Source: Anolis carolinensis (taxonomy: Eukaryota). From it: 64,000 bases of DNA. Below, piece after piece: positions 13,826 through 27,580 of the stretch. The translations under genes were made by a program, and so were the position numbers. Where the stretch lies: assembly GCF_035594765.1 (NCBI RefSeq), contig NC_085842.1, forward strand, positions 158,113,036-158,177,035. The letters run 5' to 3'. The notes beneath the pieces were generated by a model. The model searched no databases and was not told the DNA's origin. It saw only the letters and a list, made by a program, of their open reading frames with translations. Position 1 is the first letter of the stretch, and each line of letters begins with the position of its first letter.

Positions 13826-14169
13826 ATTAAATCCAACCGGCATATTCTATTAGGGTACAGCGCAGTTTGACACCACTTGGCTCATTGCTATGGAATAATA
13901 TTGAGAGCTGTAGGTTTTACAAGGACCTTTGCTTTCTCTGCCTTACAGTGCCAGTGTCTCACCAAACCCAGGATTCCATAGGCTAGGGCAGTTCAAGAGG
14001 TGTCATATTGCGTTAATTCTGCAGTGTGGCTGCAACTGAGTTGGACGTGCGTGGAGTCCATGTCTCTGCATATTACAATCAGAAGTCAGCCTTGTTGGAA
14101 TTGCAGGAATCCCAGACGAATGAATTCTGGCGGAACCCCACTAACTTCCTCCCCTCCCGACCAGTTGAC

Positions 14170-14610
14170 TATATTTACCGTCTGCGACCGGCTTCCCATG
14201 GCTTCTCCTGCCGCCTTCGCTTCGCTTTGGACTCCGTAAGGACACCAAACCCGATTCTTTCCCGCCTCTCAAACTCCGAATGGCGCCAAATGCGCCTGGG
14301 CGCCGTCTTAAAGGGGCCACGCCGCTTCATGTGGCCTTGACAAGGTTACTTCAGAGTGAGCTCATTGATCTCAAAAAGCCTTAGGTCCCTTCTGCATTGT
14401 CATAATCCAGATTATGTCGATTATCTGCTTTGATAATCTGGGTGATATGGTAGTGTAGAAGGGGCCGGAGTCCAACGCTCAAACCACTATACCACTCTGC
14501 CTCCCATACACCACTGCTTTTTTCCAATCCCAGTCCGGCGTTGCCCCTTTAAGACCCTTTCGGCTCCTTGCTAAGCCTCTGTTGCTTTTACGCATGCGCC
14601 AGGGCTCTGC
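14170..14610 (-). promoter_or_regulatory. CpG-rich promoter-like patch (two E2F sites, NRF1-like site) with candidate minus-strand first exon
   Basis: TTTCCCGCC at about 14258; TGGCGCCAAA (reverse TTTGGCGCC) at 14281; ACGCATGCGC at about 14590; minus-strand donor ACG|gtaaat at 14179/14178. Confidence 0.6.
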
Positions 14611-14810
14611 AAAGCAATACTGTATTGCAGTTGATAAGAGTGAGGATGCAGTGAGAGAAGCAATCCCAGCTAGTCTTGCTTCTGGGAGCAGCAGAGGGTC
14701 AATCAACCTTGCCTCAAACTGCATTATAAGGTAGTGTAGCTACATCCAGAAAAAACATTGAAAGTTTTTTAAAAGGCCGAGAAGAACAAAATGTTTAGTG
14801 ACGTCTAGAG

Positions 14811-15213
14811 CAGGGCTCCTCAAACTTTTTAAGTGGAGGGCCGGTTCATGGTCCCTCAGACTGTTGAGGGGCCAAATTATCATTTGAAAATAAATACGAG
14901 CCATTTCCTATGTACACTGCACATGTCTTATTTGTAGTGCAAAACAACAACAACAACAACAATGAAAGAACAATACAATATTTAAAAATAAAAACAATTT
15001 TAACCAACATAAACCTATCAGGATTTCAATGGGAAGTGTGGGCCTGCTTCTGGTCAATGAAATAGTCTCAAGTTAATTAGGATTGTTGTTGTTGTGTGCC
15101 TTCAAGTCATTTCAGACTTTGGGCAAGCCTAAGTCTAAAACTGAGGGCGGGGGCCAGGTAAATGACCTTGGAAGGCCGCATCCGGCCCCCGGGCCTTAGT
15201 TTGGGGACCCCTG
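14811..15213. mobile_element. Non-autonomous hAT element (family of 8288-9423)
   Basis: Same TIRs; TSD GTCTAGAG/GTCTAGAC. Confidence 0.85.
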
Positions 15214-16269
15214 GTCTAGACAATAGATGTCCAGTCTACAAGTGCATCCACACACTGTAGAACAAACGCAGTTTGACACCATTTTAACTGCCATGGCTCA
15301 ATACTGTGGGATCCTGGGAGTTGTATTTTGGCGAGGTACCATCACTCCTTGGCAGAGAAGGCCAAAGACCTTACAACACAACAACCCCCACGATTCCATA
15401 GCAGTGAACCCTGACAGTTAAAGTGGTGTCAAACTACATTCATTATACAATATAGATGCACCCCATGAGGCAGAATGTGGAGGGTTTCCTCAGGCAGAGA
15501 ATTTTGTCAGGAAAACAGCACTTTCTTAGTCGTTTAATATATTATAATTTTTTATTGCCAGGCGAGGGATTTCCTCCACCAGAATAATTGGCTTTAAGTA
15601 CTATGTGGCAGGTTGGGTGTATTTGCTACTGTGCCTCACGTAGCAAAATGTCTTGGGCAAGTTCCTGCCATTGGGGAAAGCACCCTAAGCAAGTATTTCT
15701 CCACCACCTCTACTTAAAAGTCCCAGCACATGGAGAGAAAAAACACTATTGATAAATTCCTCATAGGGACTGTCAAGTATTTAAAATAGCAATAAAGGGA
15801 CAGCTGAAATTCACGACACACAAGGCTGACAACAGCCAAAAGCAACAACCTAAATACCAAATGAAATTTTGATTGCAGAGTTTCTCTCTAAAATTAATTT
15901 AATCAATCCCAGATCTCTCCAGTATTGAACTCCTATTAGCCCTAGATTTGGGTGGTGGAAGTCAAGGGTCTGCTCCTAACTGGTTGGATGGGTCAACCTT
16001 TTTGTTGAGATGCCACTCTTCATCCCCAGACTGTGTAGTGAAGAGGTAAAGATGGTGGGAGATACAGGCTGGAAAATAGGGTGAGCCTAGTTTCTCAACA
16101 TGTGGGTCCCCAGGTGTTTTGGCCTACAACTCTCAGAAATCCCAGACAGTTTACCAGCTGTTAGGATTTCTGGGGGTTCATGGCCAAAACATCCAGGGAC
16201 CCACAGGTTGAGAACCATTGGGTTAGGAGGAGAGAAACGCATTTGGTCGTGTTGGGGCTCACATGACTC

Positions 16270-16640
16270 TCTAGATGTGGGTGAACTACAACTCCCATCA
16301 GTCCCCCCAAACTCCACAAGTTGGACATGATGAGTATGTGTGCCAGGTTTGGTCCAGAGCCATTGTTCGTGGCCATGACGCGACTCCCTGGATGTGGGTG
16401 AATTATAGCTCCAATCATCCCCCTCAATCCTCCCATTTTGAAGTTGGTCATGATGGCTATGTATACCAAATTTGGTCCAGATCCATCATCAGTGGTATTC
16501 ACACAGTTCTCCAGATATGGGTGGATTACAGCTCCCATAAACCTCTATCATCACCTCCCCCTTCAAGAAAAGCCCTCAATTGTTTTAAAGTTGGACCATT
16601 ATGGCTATGTGTGCCAAGTTTTGTCCCAATTCATCAAACC
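16270..16640. repeat. Degenerate tandem repeat of an approximately 120-bp unit (3 copies), likely TE-internal
   Basis: Recurring GATGTGGGTGAAyTAyAgCTCC and AAGTTGGxCAT...TATGT.TGCCA..TTTGGTCC motifs. Confidence 0.6.
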
Positions 16641-18514
16641 ACATAGGAGTCTTTGTGGATCAAATATATACATAAGTAAATTTTGACTGTTAAAATATGG
16701 AGGTGGCAAAACCAAGATTTGCTTTTTGGATTTTTTAATAGGGGAAATATTTTCAAACTGTGGATTATGGGACCTGTGAATCCAGAACCTAAAGATAAGG
16801 AGGGCCAACTGTGTAAGTGTTCTAGAAACTGACACTCAGCTACTTTCTGAACTTGAAGACTCAGTGTTGTATTTTATTCTTTAGGAAACTGAACAGAGTT
16901 CTTGTGAATCACCTTGGCCCATGGAGCCAATACAAAAGTAGACTACACTACATGATCATAATAAGGAACTCTGCCCTTATCTCAGCATTTCATTCTTCCT
17001 ATGGATCAGTGCAGGGTTAAAGGATACAAAGTACATTGTTGAATTGTGTGCCTGGGAGCTTCCCTAGTCATTTCCCCAGGGACACTGACAGAACTAGAAG
17101 TAGCTTGTCAGAATACAAGGAATAACAGAGACATGGTGTACAAGTGGAGTTTACAATCCAATTAATAGAGCAGGGAAATATAGTATTGGAGTAAAGATGG
17201 AGAATATGTGGGCTTCCCCGGGATGCAAACAGTCCTTGGGTTAAGAACAAGATAGATTCTGTAGGATTGTTCTTAAACTGAATTTGTGTTTAAGTTGGAA
17301 CAATTAAATTTTTAAGAGTAACTCCTACCAAAGTTGTTTTTTTTTGTTTTTGTTTTTTAGTTTTGGATAGCAAAGGGGAGGGTTAACATTCTAGAACTTT
17401 TGTTTTGATGTCTGTGCCCTTTTTCACAAGCTTTCTGTCCCTGTGACAATTGGTTTTTGAAAATTTTGGCTTGTCATGGAAACAAGGATTGTTGATAAAG
17501 CTTCAGTGGAGATACCTTTTCCCATAACTCTTCCAGGAGTGAATTTCCCTTCCTAGGGGTAGATGTCCTCTCACTTCCTGTTGTCTTACCCGTTTGTAAC
17601 AAGGAGTTGTATGTAAGTCAACTTTTGAGATGCAGTGTTTGTCACCCCTCACCCTTGGCTATGTTGGTTAAGGCATAAGGAAATGCAGTCTGCATGGAGG
17701 ACCATATGATCTTTATCCCAGCATGAGATGATGCAGTGAAGACACAACGTTCTACTGGTGATGCCAAATTAGGATGGAAATCCTTGGATAGGAAATCATC
17801 ATTTCAATAGGGTTTCTATTATCTGTGGTTTTACGTATACACACACAGTCCAGGAACATATTCACCATTATACAGGAGTCATACTACAGTCACCCTATTG
17901 CTGCAGCTAGGATTTTTCAAAGTTGGGTGTTTGAAATTAAATATTTCAAGCCCTACTAAGAGTCTCTGCTGCACCCAGAGACTAGTTTTGTTCACTGTGT
18001 GCTATACTGCTCATTTCTCAAGCTTTTGTGAATCAGAGGTATAAATATGTGCAATTAGTGATCTGGAGATACCTACCTTGAATCTATTTGCTTCAGATCG
18101 AAGTGCCTCTCAATACACGGACAGGAACAGATAGCTCTAGGGCCACAGGACAGGACCCAGTGTCAGGTTCAGTTAACAAAGCAGACAGGGAACACAATCA
18201 ATTTACCATCATAAAAATAAAATTCTCCAAGCCTGACATTGTCCCTCACAGAATGTGTGAAATATGCAAAATAACCATCCCTCTATTTTTTCATACATAT
18301 TTTAGTGTTGAAATCACAGATCGTCTATGATTACATAATCAGGTAAATAATTAAGATGGAGATTTATTATGCTATGGTGATAAAATTAGCTAAGGAAAAC
18401 AACTGCAGGGATCAGAGGCATTTTTTCATGAGTTGAATGGTTATCTGCACCAGAGCTGTGAAGTTAGAGTCAGAAACAAATAGATGAAATTTGGTGAGTA
18501 GCAATGTACCAACT

Positions 18515-18755
18515 CAGTGGCACAGTGGGTTAAAGCCTTGTGCCGGCTGGGTTGCTGACCTGAAGGTTGCGATTTTGAATCCGCAAGACAAGGTGAACTC
18601 CTGTCTGTCAGCTCTTGCTTGCGGGGACATGAAAGAAGGCTCCCACAGGATGATAAAACATCTGGGTGTCCCCTGGACAACGTCCTTGCAGATGGCTAAT
18701 TCTCTTACACCTGAAGCAACTTGCAGTTTCTCAAGTCGCTCCTGACATAAAAAAG
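18515..18755 (+). mobile_element. tRNA-derived SINE with A-rich tail (second SINE family; further copies or fragments at about 11990, 19425, 38040, 39610, 57300)
   Basis: GTGGCACAGTGGGTTAAA head; ...CTCAAGTCGCTCCTGACA(A)n end. Confidence 0.75.
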
Positions 18756-18920
18756 CCCCAGTCTTCAAAATGAAATCTTATATTAAATGTTTCATTTGTT
18801 GCATATTTAGTTTTGTAAATACATTTTTTAAAAAAATAGGGTAGTAGAGAAGTTGGAGGTGAAGGTTTGGCCTAGCAACTCACATAGCTCTGGTTTGGGC
18901 ACCCCTAATTTAATCTTTGG

Positions 18921-18922
<2 letters not shown>

Positions 18923-18963
<41 letters not shown>
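18923..18963. repeat. (AT)n microsatellite
   Basis: Direct read. Confidence 0.95.
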
Positions 18964-18964
<1 letters not shown>

Positions 18965-20214
18965 GACTAATAGAAACTTGTTTTTTACTTGTCTCCTTTC
19001 AGCAGACTCTTAAAAATTCAGTTTTTTGAGGCTCCAGAGAGATGTAATTTGGAGGGTGATAGCCCACCCTGAAGAGTGAACTACTTTGAGAGAAGGAAGT
19101 AATGGATTTTGAACCACTTTGAGTGCAGACAGGAGGAATGAAATATAGTTGAATGAAGTTTGACAGGGTTGAAATAAAGACATGCTGTTGTTCACTGAAT
19201 AGGATCTGACATTTAATGGGGAGGATTTATCCTCTGGCTTTTGAAGCCCATATGAACAAGAACCAAACATAACCAAATGTAAAACCATCCATACTACGCA
19301 AATATGAGCACTCATCGTGATAAGCATCTATGAAAAAAATCAACAACAAAGGGCACTAACACTTTACAGCACAATAATTAAGCAGAATTGGATTTTGGGT
19401 GTTGGATTTAAATCTTTGATCAACATATGGGGGACATGAGAGAAGCCTCCCACAAGAATGGTAAAAACCTCAAAAACATCTGGGTATCCCCTGGGCAACG
19501 TCCTTTCAGACGGCCAATTCTCTCACTCCAGAAGCGACTCAAGTTGCTCCTGACACGAAGAAAAAAATAAACCATAGGAAGTCATACTCTCTCAGCCTTG
19601 AAGAGCAAGGCCCCTGTAAACAAATTCTGCCAGGAAAACCCAGTGATAGAGCTGTTTTAGGATTGCCATTGATCTGAAATGGTTTAAAAGCACAAGGGAA
19701 GAAGTGTGAAAGAACACCTGGGTATCCAGAGCCCAGGAAATAAGCTGCCAACATTCTAAGCTAATCAAAGTATGAAAAGTTCATGTTTGAAAACAAAAGA
19801 ATGCAAGTGATGTTCACTTAATGGTTTCTTGTTGCAATTGTTAGATATATAAATAATTGGTTGTTAGCTCTCAGGGTTAGACCTACAGTTTCAGGCTTCG
19901 ATATGACATCCTTTTCTATTCTTTTCTCTGTGTCTAAGTATATTGTAATACCTGTGAGACTTAACTGGGAGAAAAAAAAATCCTACCATAAACTCATAGA
20001 CTGTTTAATCAGAGATGATGTGAATTCAGTTCATGAAAGTGTAAACTATGAATTTCTTTCTCTAGCCCCATCTATTATTATTATTATTATTATTATTATA
20101 TTTAATTAATTTGTTTATTTACTTTTCTCCCACGAATGAAACTCAAAGCGGCATATAAAATTGAAAAAAGACAACTACATAATACAGAGAACAATCATCA
20201 CAACCACCCAGGTA

Positions 20215-20505
20215 GCCCCTTCTACTCTGCCATATAAAATCCGAATTATCTGCTTTGAACTGTATTATATTGCAGTGTAGACTCATACGATTCAGATTAT
20301 CAAAGCAGATAATGTGGAATATCTGCGTTGATAATCTGAATTATATAGCAGTGTAGAAGGGCCCCCACACTGCCATATAAAATCCAGAATATCTGCTTTG
20401 AACTGGATTATACGGTAGTGTAGACTCAGGTAATCCCATTCTAAGCAGATAATTTGAATTATCTCCTTAGATAATCTGGATTATATGGGAGTGTAGAATG
20501 GGCCT
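20215..20505. mobile_element. Tandem palindromic MITEs of the CCCTTCTACACTGCCATATA family (Harbinger-like; also about 14385, 29158-30045, 46383)
   Basis: Inverted termini CCCTTCTACAC/GTGTAGAAGGG. Confidence 0.65.
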
Positions 20506-23500
20506 CTGTCTCTAGGGTTCTAAAATATCCTATTGCATATTGATTCACATTAACAAAGCTGTGTTTTTTAAAAAATTGTTCTCGTTAGTGATATTCCTGT
20601 AGTCTGGATTGGGATTTAATTTTTGCATCCCTTGTGAAAATACTATTGACTTCTGTAATTTAGAAATTCATCAATCCTGATTCTTCATTACCTTGTTTTA
20701 ATTATATTTCCTAGTAACTATCACAAAACTCTGGTATCCTATTCTGTGTCCTACAGATGGCAGTTGGGAGTCTGTGCGAAGTCCAAATGCGAGATGTACT
20801 TATACACACACAGAAAAAGTAGAGTTATGAATTGTCTTCAAAAACTCTACTCTTTCAAAGACTTGCTCACAGTGGGATGAAAAAAGGCTACAGTTACTCA
20901 TTGCTTTCTTCAAGAATGCAGTCAATGGGGAAATTGTATCCCTGGTGTAATTTGATTAATGTTTATGTTGAAAATTTGTTCCATTATGCTCTGTGGGACT
21001 TGTTCCTTAGAAAGATTGCCTCCTTGATCCTGCAGTCCCAAAGCCCAACCGGCAAGTGGTATTTATTCCTTTGGACAGATCAGTGTGAGCAAAACCTGAA
21101 TATATTGGATCAGGATTCTTTTTTTTTTTTTTTTTTTGCAGTCTACCATGAATCTCAGAGCCTATCTCATCCTTGTAAAAGCCTTTTTATAACCATGTCA
21201 AGTTACAAGACTTCCCAGATGTAGAGTTGTTACCAAAAATAAATGATAGCATTTAATTCAGGAAAGGAATCCCAACACTCGAAAATCAAATAAGCTTTTT
21301 ATACCCGTGAAAGAAAAGTTAAGCTGTTAACTGGAAAGGATTACTCATCCTGCTATTATCGTGTAGAAAAATAAAAAGCAAGACGGAACAAGGAAATAAT
21401 TGGCATCTCATGCACAATATGGACAGGTCTGTTTTTTATTTCAGTGTGAATCCAGGAAATCTAGCAGGGTGACCTGATTTCACCCACTTTATTCAACTGA
21501 CTCTGGATTCACACCAACTATCAGCCTCTTGCCTTTGTAGCAGTGGCCATTGATACTGCTAACAATAACACTGGCTTCATCTGAGAGTGACTTCAGTTTC
21601 AGAGTAGTGAAACCCCTATTGGGGCCAAAGAAATTAATCTATTACAGAAGAGAGAGTCTACAGTCACAAGTGAAATCATCTGTTTCATGTTGGTTTATAA
21701 CCCATCTGGACTAATAATGGGCCTTGGTGGTATGACTCCACTGATGGACTTTGAAATCCCACCAGTAAAAAAACCTGTTTTTACTATAAGAATTGTAGAA
21801 AGTGAGGCTTCAAAAAATCAATTCACACCAATATACCTAAAGAAAAATGATCCATCCTTAAATATGTAAACACTGCAGAAATAAACATGCTCTGAATATC
21901 AGGTGGAGAAAATCTGCGATCCCACTGCTCACCATCACTATTTCCCCCTCTTTTGAAATCACCAGTCACCAATTCTCACTTCCTAGAGTTCTTATCTGGG
22001 AAGACCTTACGAAGCACAGTTCCACTGGGAACCATATGTCTAGTATAATCTCTCACCTGGGAGATTAATAGAGAGCACAAGCATTGTCATACAGGTTAAG
22101 ACCAAAGATACATCTAGCTATAAAAGAACACGACAAGAGGCTGTTGGGTTAGGCAAAGAATCTATGTAGTCTGGCTTTGCTTCCAAAATACATCAGTCTA
22201 ATTGATTCTGGGAAACCTATAAGCAAGGCACAAAGGTAGCACTCTTTCACTTATTATGTTCAGAGGCATGCTTCCTCTCCTTACATGGCAGTTTCATTGA
22301 ACTTACCATACTTGGTAGCCATCTTTGGGAATGTGCCTAATCTTCAAACCATCTAAGCCAGTGATCAGGATCATTACATTCTTTTAATTGAGTTGTGTAA
22401 AATATGCTGTATGTCCTGAATTGACTAGTCTCTAGTTTCACTGCATAACCTCATGTTCTGATATTGCAAGGGAGACATGCTTCTTGCTGTGTACTTCTTT
22501 TACATAGTTCACCAACCTCTTCCAAGCTGGTGCTCTCCGTGTGTATTGATCTACATCTCCTTTCATGGCCATGGTGGCAGGGATTGATGGAAGCTCTAGA
22601 TCAGTGGTTTGCAACCTGGGGTCCCCAGATGTTTTTGACCTACAACTCCCAGAAACCCCAGCCAGTTTACCACCTGTTAGGATTTCTGGGAGTTGAAGGC
22701 CAAAAACATCTGGGGGGCCCAGGTTATGAACCGCTTCTCTAGATAGAATCATGATTTTATAAATCACTTTTGCTATTCTTAAATAGCCCAAAGTCCCAAG
22801 ATTCAGACTTTCCTTGTTGAGAATGTGTTTCAGCCCTTTACCCCCAAAATAAGACAGGGTCTTATATTAAATTATGCTCCAAAAGATGCTTTAGAGCTTG
22901 TTTTCAGGGGCAGTCTTATTTTTCCAAATTGACTTTTTAAATGAACTATATCTAGGGCTTATTTTTGAAATAAGGCTTATATTTAAAACATCCTCAGAAA
23001 TGCTGAAAAATCATGATAGGTCTTATTTTGGGGGTTGGTCTTATTTTGGGGGAAACGGCATAACATTAGATAATTATCTGATGAGATGGGACTTCGCTTT
23101 GTAAAAGCCATGCTAATTCTTCTTCACCGAGGCTTGTTCTTTTCTATACTTGATAAATCTAGTTTAAACAATTTGAGATGTAAGTTAGATCAATAGGCTC
23201 CCAATATTCTGGCTCTTTTATATCCATATTTTTCTGGAATGTCCGGCTTCAGTGACAGCAGTGAATTAGAAGGCCGGTCAATAATTTTCTGGATTCTGAC
23301 TAAAGAGAAAGAAATAGGTCTAATTGTAAAAATATACTCTAGTAAGGTGCTTATTTTAAGGGCCAGTTGCAAATTTTATTACAGAATCAACAATTTCTTT
23401 TTTGCATTCTTTAAAATAAGGACCTATTATTTCTAATTGCAGGAGTTGGGTAGAGAAGAAATAAGCAAATCTGAAATATGTCTGTTGAAAAGTAGGGAGG

Positions 23501-24121
23501 TTTGAGGTCTGGCTAAAAATAAGTTAGATTGCATCCTAGCACTATCTTACTTAATTTTTAGCACTGGGATAGATTAATAGGGTAAAGAAGACAAAAAGAG
23601 TACATTATGGAAGAAAGACAGCACACACATTAGATACACAAAAGCAATAAATTAAAAAAGCCAAAAGCTATTCTTCTCAAGAAACACGCTTGGTTTGAAG
23701 GCTGGCCCAAGGAACAGCACTTTGCCATGATGGGTCTCCAGCTACCATTTTAAATTTCCATCAGTATTCCAGAGATGCCCAATGTAGTGTTGCCCAGGGC
23801 ATTGTGAGAAATGTGATATAGTAAGAAACTTCCCATCTCATCTGTCTAACCAGCTTTAGTTTCTAGCTCTAGTCTATAAATCAAGAATGAAGAATGATTT
23901 GCTCCTTTCTTTTAACTGGAAAGCTACATACAGTACAATGTTTAAAATTGCCATATCTGGGATTGTTGCCTTTTCCCTGTATCAGCTCAAGGTATGATGG
24001 GGCTGTAGGCAAAACATATTCAACTGGGTTCCTCTCTGTTGACCTTTGGAGGCTCGGTCTGTGGCAGGGACAGGCGATCACGCACCGAGATACCATTTTA
24101 ATATCACACAACACCTTAAAG

Positions 24122-24477
24122 CAGGAGTCCTCAAACTTAGGCCTGCGGGCTGGATGCAGTTCTCCAAGGTCATTTACCCGGCCCCTGCCCTAGAACTTTA
24201 GACTTAGAGCCAACTTAAAGGCACACAACAGCAACAATCCTAATTAACTTGACTCTCTGATCAGCCCAAATCAGGCCCACACTTTCCATTGAAATACTGT
24301 TAAGTTTATGTTGATTAAAATTATTCTTCATTTTAAATTTTATATTGTTTTTTCACTTTTTTGCACAACAAATATGATATGTGCAGTGTGCATAAGAATT
24401 TGTTCAATTTTTTTTCCAGACTGTCTGATCCCCCAGTTGTGAATCGGACCCAGTCTTAAAAAGTTTGAGGAGCTCTG
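24122..24477. mobile_element. Non-autonomous hAT element, diverged copy
   Basis: Same TIR family as 8288-9423; imperfect TSD CCTTAAAG/CCTTAGAA. Confidence 0.75.
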
Positions 24478-25470
24478 CCTTAGAACAACACTACATTGGG
24501 GCACGGTTGAAAATTAAAATTGTGATTAAAACCAGATTCTCTGGCTCCTCAGAATACAGGTCAAGAAGGAAATAATTTCGGGGAACTCAGCATAGGCATC
24601 AACAGCTGGCTTTCTAGGTTGCAGACATTGGCCCTGCTCTTCCTTTCCCTATAATTCACTCACGTACATACACTTATGTACGCACAATAAAGAAGCAAGT
24701 ATACAAACCACTTATCCTCACATATAAACAAAGGTCCCATTGTCTCCCCTTCCCCATAAAATACACGTCTGTCTGTTTCTATATAACTTCTCCAAAGAGG
24801 AAGCTTCTCCACTGGGAATGAATAGGAAAGGGGCATGCCACCTTTTCACCTCTCCTGTGTCTTCTAATTCAATCCCCCTAATCCACTTGTTAGTCAGCTG
24901 CTGGGACAACCCACAGAGATGGGGATGGAGTCAAGTGTTTTAGAAGCAACAGGGAGAGGCAAAGCATGGTGGAGCTTGATTTGGTCTTCCAGTCCTGTCC
25001 TAGACAAAATGCTGCCTCCAACAATATTAATTGCAGTACACAATCCTAGTCATGATTTCTCCAGGAGGTTCTGGGGTTGATTGTGGCAGCTGACTGGAGA
25101 GATATAAAAGGAATACAAAGGTTGTTCAGAGGCTTCCTTTGCATTATAAAGTTCACACATATATGCACAAATATGCCCCCACACATTGTGCACCCAACTG
25201 GCAAGGATTCTACATGTACACACAGTGGCAGCTCTGAAATTTCCTAGAACTTCAAAATAGAAGGTCATGAGGAATTCTTTGCCCTACAACTTCCCCGTGC
25301 CATAAAACTTGTGTCCAAGAGTTTTCACTGCAAAAGAAATTATTTAAAAATCAGGCAATGACATCATTTTCATCCACTCCCCACCCCGCCCATTCTCCCC
25401 ATTCTATTGTCCCAAGTTTGTTGTAGGGGGTTGCCTTTTTTTTTTTGAGATAGAGGCTGAATCACAATAT

Positions 25471-25656
25471 TTATAACGCTTGCGTTGTCAGCTCAATAGG
25501 TTCTCCAGGAGGTTCTGGGGGTGCATTGGTTTCAAGTTGGTGTTCTCCTTTGAGGATAGACAAGCGCTCTGAGATTCCACGCATCCGAGGGCAGAGGATG
25601 AAGTCATACAAGAAGCCTCCCAGCACACCACCAATGACTGGTCCGACCCAATACAC
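25471..25656 (-). CDS. MIP: MIP exon 4 ([10 protein letters not shown]...SERLSILKG...[11 protein letters not shown])
   Basis: ttctag| acceptor; AQP0 C-terminus with SERLS calmodulin-binding/phospho region and TQAL end; exons sum to 263 aa, the AQP0 length. Confidence 0.97.
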   Translation of the reverse strand: MYWVGPVIGGVLGGFLYDFILCPRMRGISERLSILKGEHQLETNAPPEPPGEPIELTTQAL

Positions 25657-25944
25657 CTAGAAAAGAGAAAGAAGCACTTGGATGAAGCCACGAGACAAGT
25701 AGGCCATTGGGATCTGCTGGAGTTTGGACTTCCCGTGGGTACCAAAATCCATGGTTGCTCAAGTGTCATTGTATATAGTGGCCTAGTTAAATTGCTTCCC
25801 TTATATTAAGTGGCAAAATCCAGTTGTGCTCTTTAATTCATTTTTAAAAATATTTTTAGCCACAGATGGTTGAATCCATCCATGGATGAAGGGTCTATGG
25901 AAGCAAAGAGCCAGGCCTGTGAGCAGGGTTGGGGGGGTGTCTTA

Positions 25945-26093
25945 GGGCCCTTCCACACAGCCCTTTATCACAGTATATCAAGGCAGAAAATCCCACATTA
26001 TCTGAGTGTGGATTTAGATAACCCAGTTCAAAACAGATATTGTGGGATTTTCTGCCTTGATATACTGGGATAAAGGGCTGTGTGGAAGGGCCC
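25945..26093. mobile_element. PIF/Harbinger-type palindromic MITE in MIP intron 3
   Basis: TIR GGGCCCTTCCACACAGCCCTTTATC; TTA target duplication. Confidence 0.8.
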
Positions 26094-26811
26094 TTAGTCA
26101 ACAGAGAATGAGAACAGACAGCCACATCATTTTTGTTCTGCTTGTGTCAGCAGCTCTATTCAAAATCATTAGATTTTCAATCTGCTATCCTTACAGGTCT
26201 TTTGATTTGTTAATGTGGTCTCTATTTCATTTGTGGTAGCACAGAAGTGTGAAAGCCATCATGGTGTCGCGGTTTCAGTGTTGCACTATGACTCTAGAGA
26301 CCAGCATTCAAATCATTGCTCTGTCGTAGAAACCGAGTGAGTGGCTGTGGTCAAGTCATGCTCTCTCAGCCTCAGAGGGGTTGCAATGGTAAAGCCCTGC
26401 TGGCCAAGAAAACCCTGTGTCGGTTCACCTCAGGCTCACTGTAAATCAGAAATGAATTTTAAGGCACACAACAGCCACAAAAAATAGAACTGTAGGATGC
26501 TTTCATATCAGCACTAATCCAAATTATTCCTTAAAGCAAATATAATTTAAACTTTTCTCATAGTCTGACATTTGTATCTATATACATCTGCCATATGATT
26601 TACTTCCTCAGTAAAATCAGTCAGTAATATTGAGTTCCATGTTTTCTGTGCTTGAAAGAGGCTTCCCCGGTACATGATGGGTGTCGGCTTGGTCACATAT
26701 GATCACATATGATCAGCTTGATGCTTTCTCCAACAACTCTTATCTTAGACATGTTACTAAACACCTGGTTATGTCAGCCTACTTTCCTATCCCTGGAAAC
26801 CTCCTCCTTAC

Positions 26812-26892
26812 CCAGTGGTTGACGAAGTTACGGGTGATGATAGCTGGTGCAAAAGAACGAGCGGGATTCATGCCAGCTCCAGTGTAGTGCAT
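26812..26892 (-). CDS. MIP: MIP exon 3 ([27 protein letters not shown])
   Basis: ctgcag| acceptor, TGG|gtaagg donor, 81 nt; second NPA motif. Confidence 0.97.
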
Positions 26893-27542
26893 CTGCAGGA
26901 GAAGAGGGTTAGGTTGGATAAACTATTTTTCCCTGGGCGTCAGGCACCCCTTACTAAAGACACAGTGGGATTTTTAGGCATGTGTGAGTTTTGCAAACTA
27001 AATGAAGAATAGTCACATAAGTTAGTATTAAGTGTAAGGAAGATCATTCTAGAAGCAAGGTAGATTTAGGGCAGTACATGTATAAATTGTTTAGCTTTGC
27101 AGACATATTGCAGCTGATACCATGTCTATGTTTCTGTTACACTACCACTGGAGGAATCCTGTCCATTGGATGGCCTGGAGGTCTACCAACCAAATATAGA
27201 AAAGCAGGCTATGTCATACAGAAATGGTTTGGGGCATATCAGGAGAAACCTTGGCCCTTGTGGGAGATAGCAGGTGGAACTTCTTTTCAGGATGCTGACA
27301 ACTTCTATTCTGAAGCAAAGGTAGGTGTTGAGCCACTGCCTAGTCCTAAGGAAAATTGAGACCTAGTACCATCTTCTGAAGCTCATGCAATTATGCCATT
27401 ATATTACTATAATTCCACTTTAACTGCAACAATTGCATCCTATGAAATCCTGAGAAATGTAGTTTAAGGAGGGACCTTTAGAACTCCTCCAGGATCTCAC
27501 AGGATGGAACCATGGCAGTTAAAATATTATAATAATAATAAT

Positions 27543-27580
<38 letters not shown>

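Noticed and set aside
1-14200. TIMELESS coding exons
   Set aside because: No recognisable TIMELESS peptide in the window; mentioned only as a synteny inference
16270-16640. Regularly spaced repeats resembling a CRISPR-like array
   Set aside because: Eukaryotic context; whole units are degenerate copies with no unique spacers
19010-19327. 105-aa minus-strand ORF with hydrophobic N-terminus
   Set aside because: No recognisable family and no supporting exon or promoter structure
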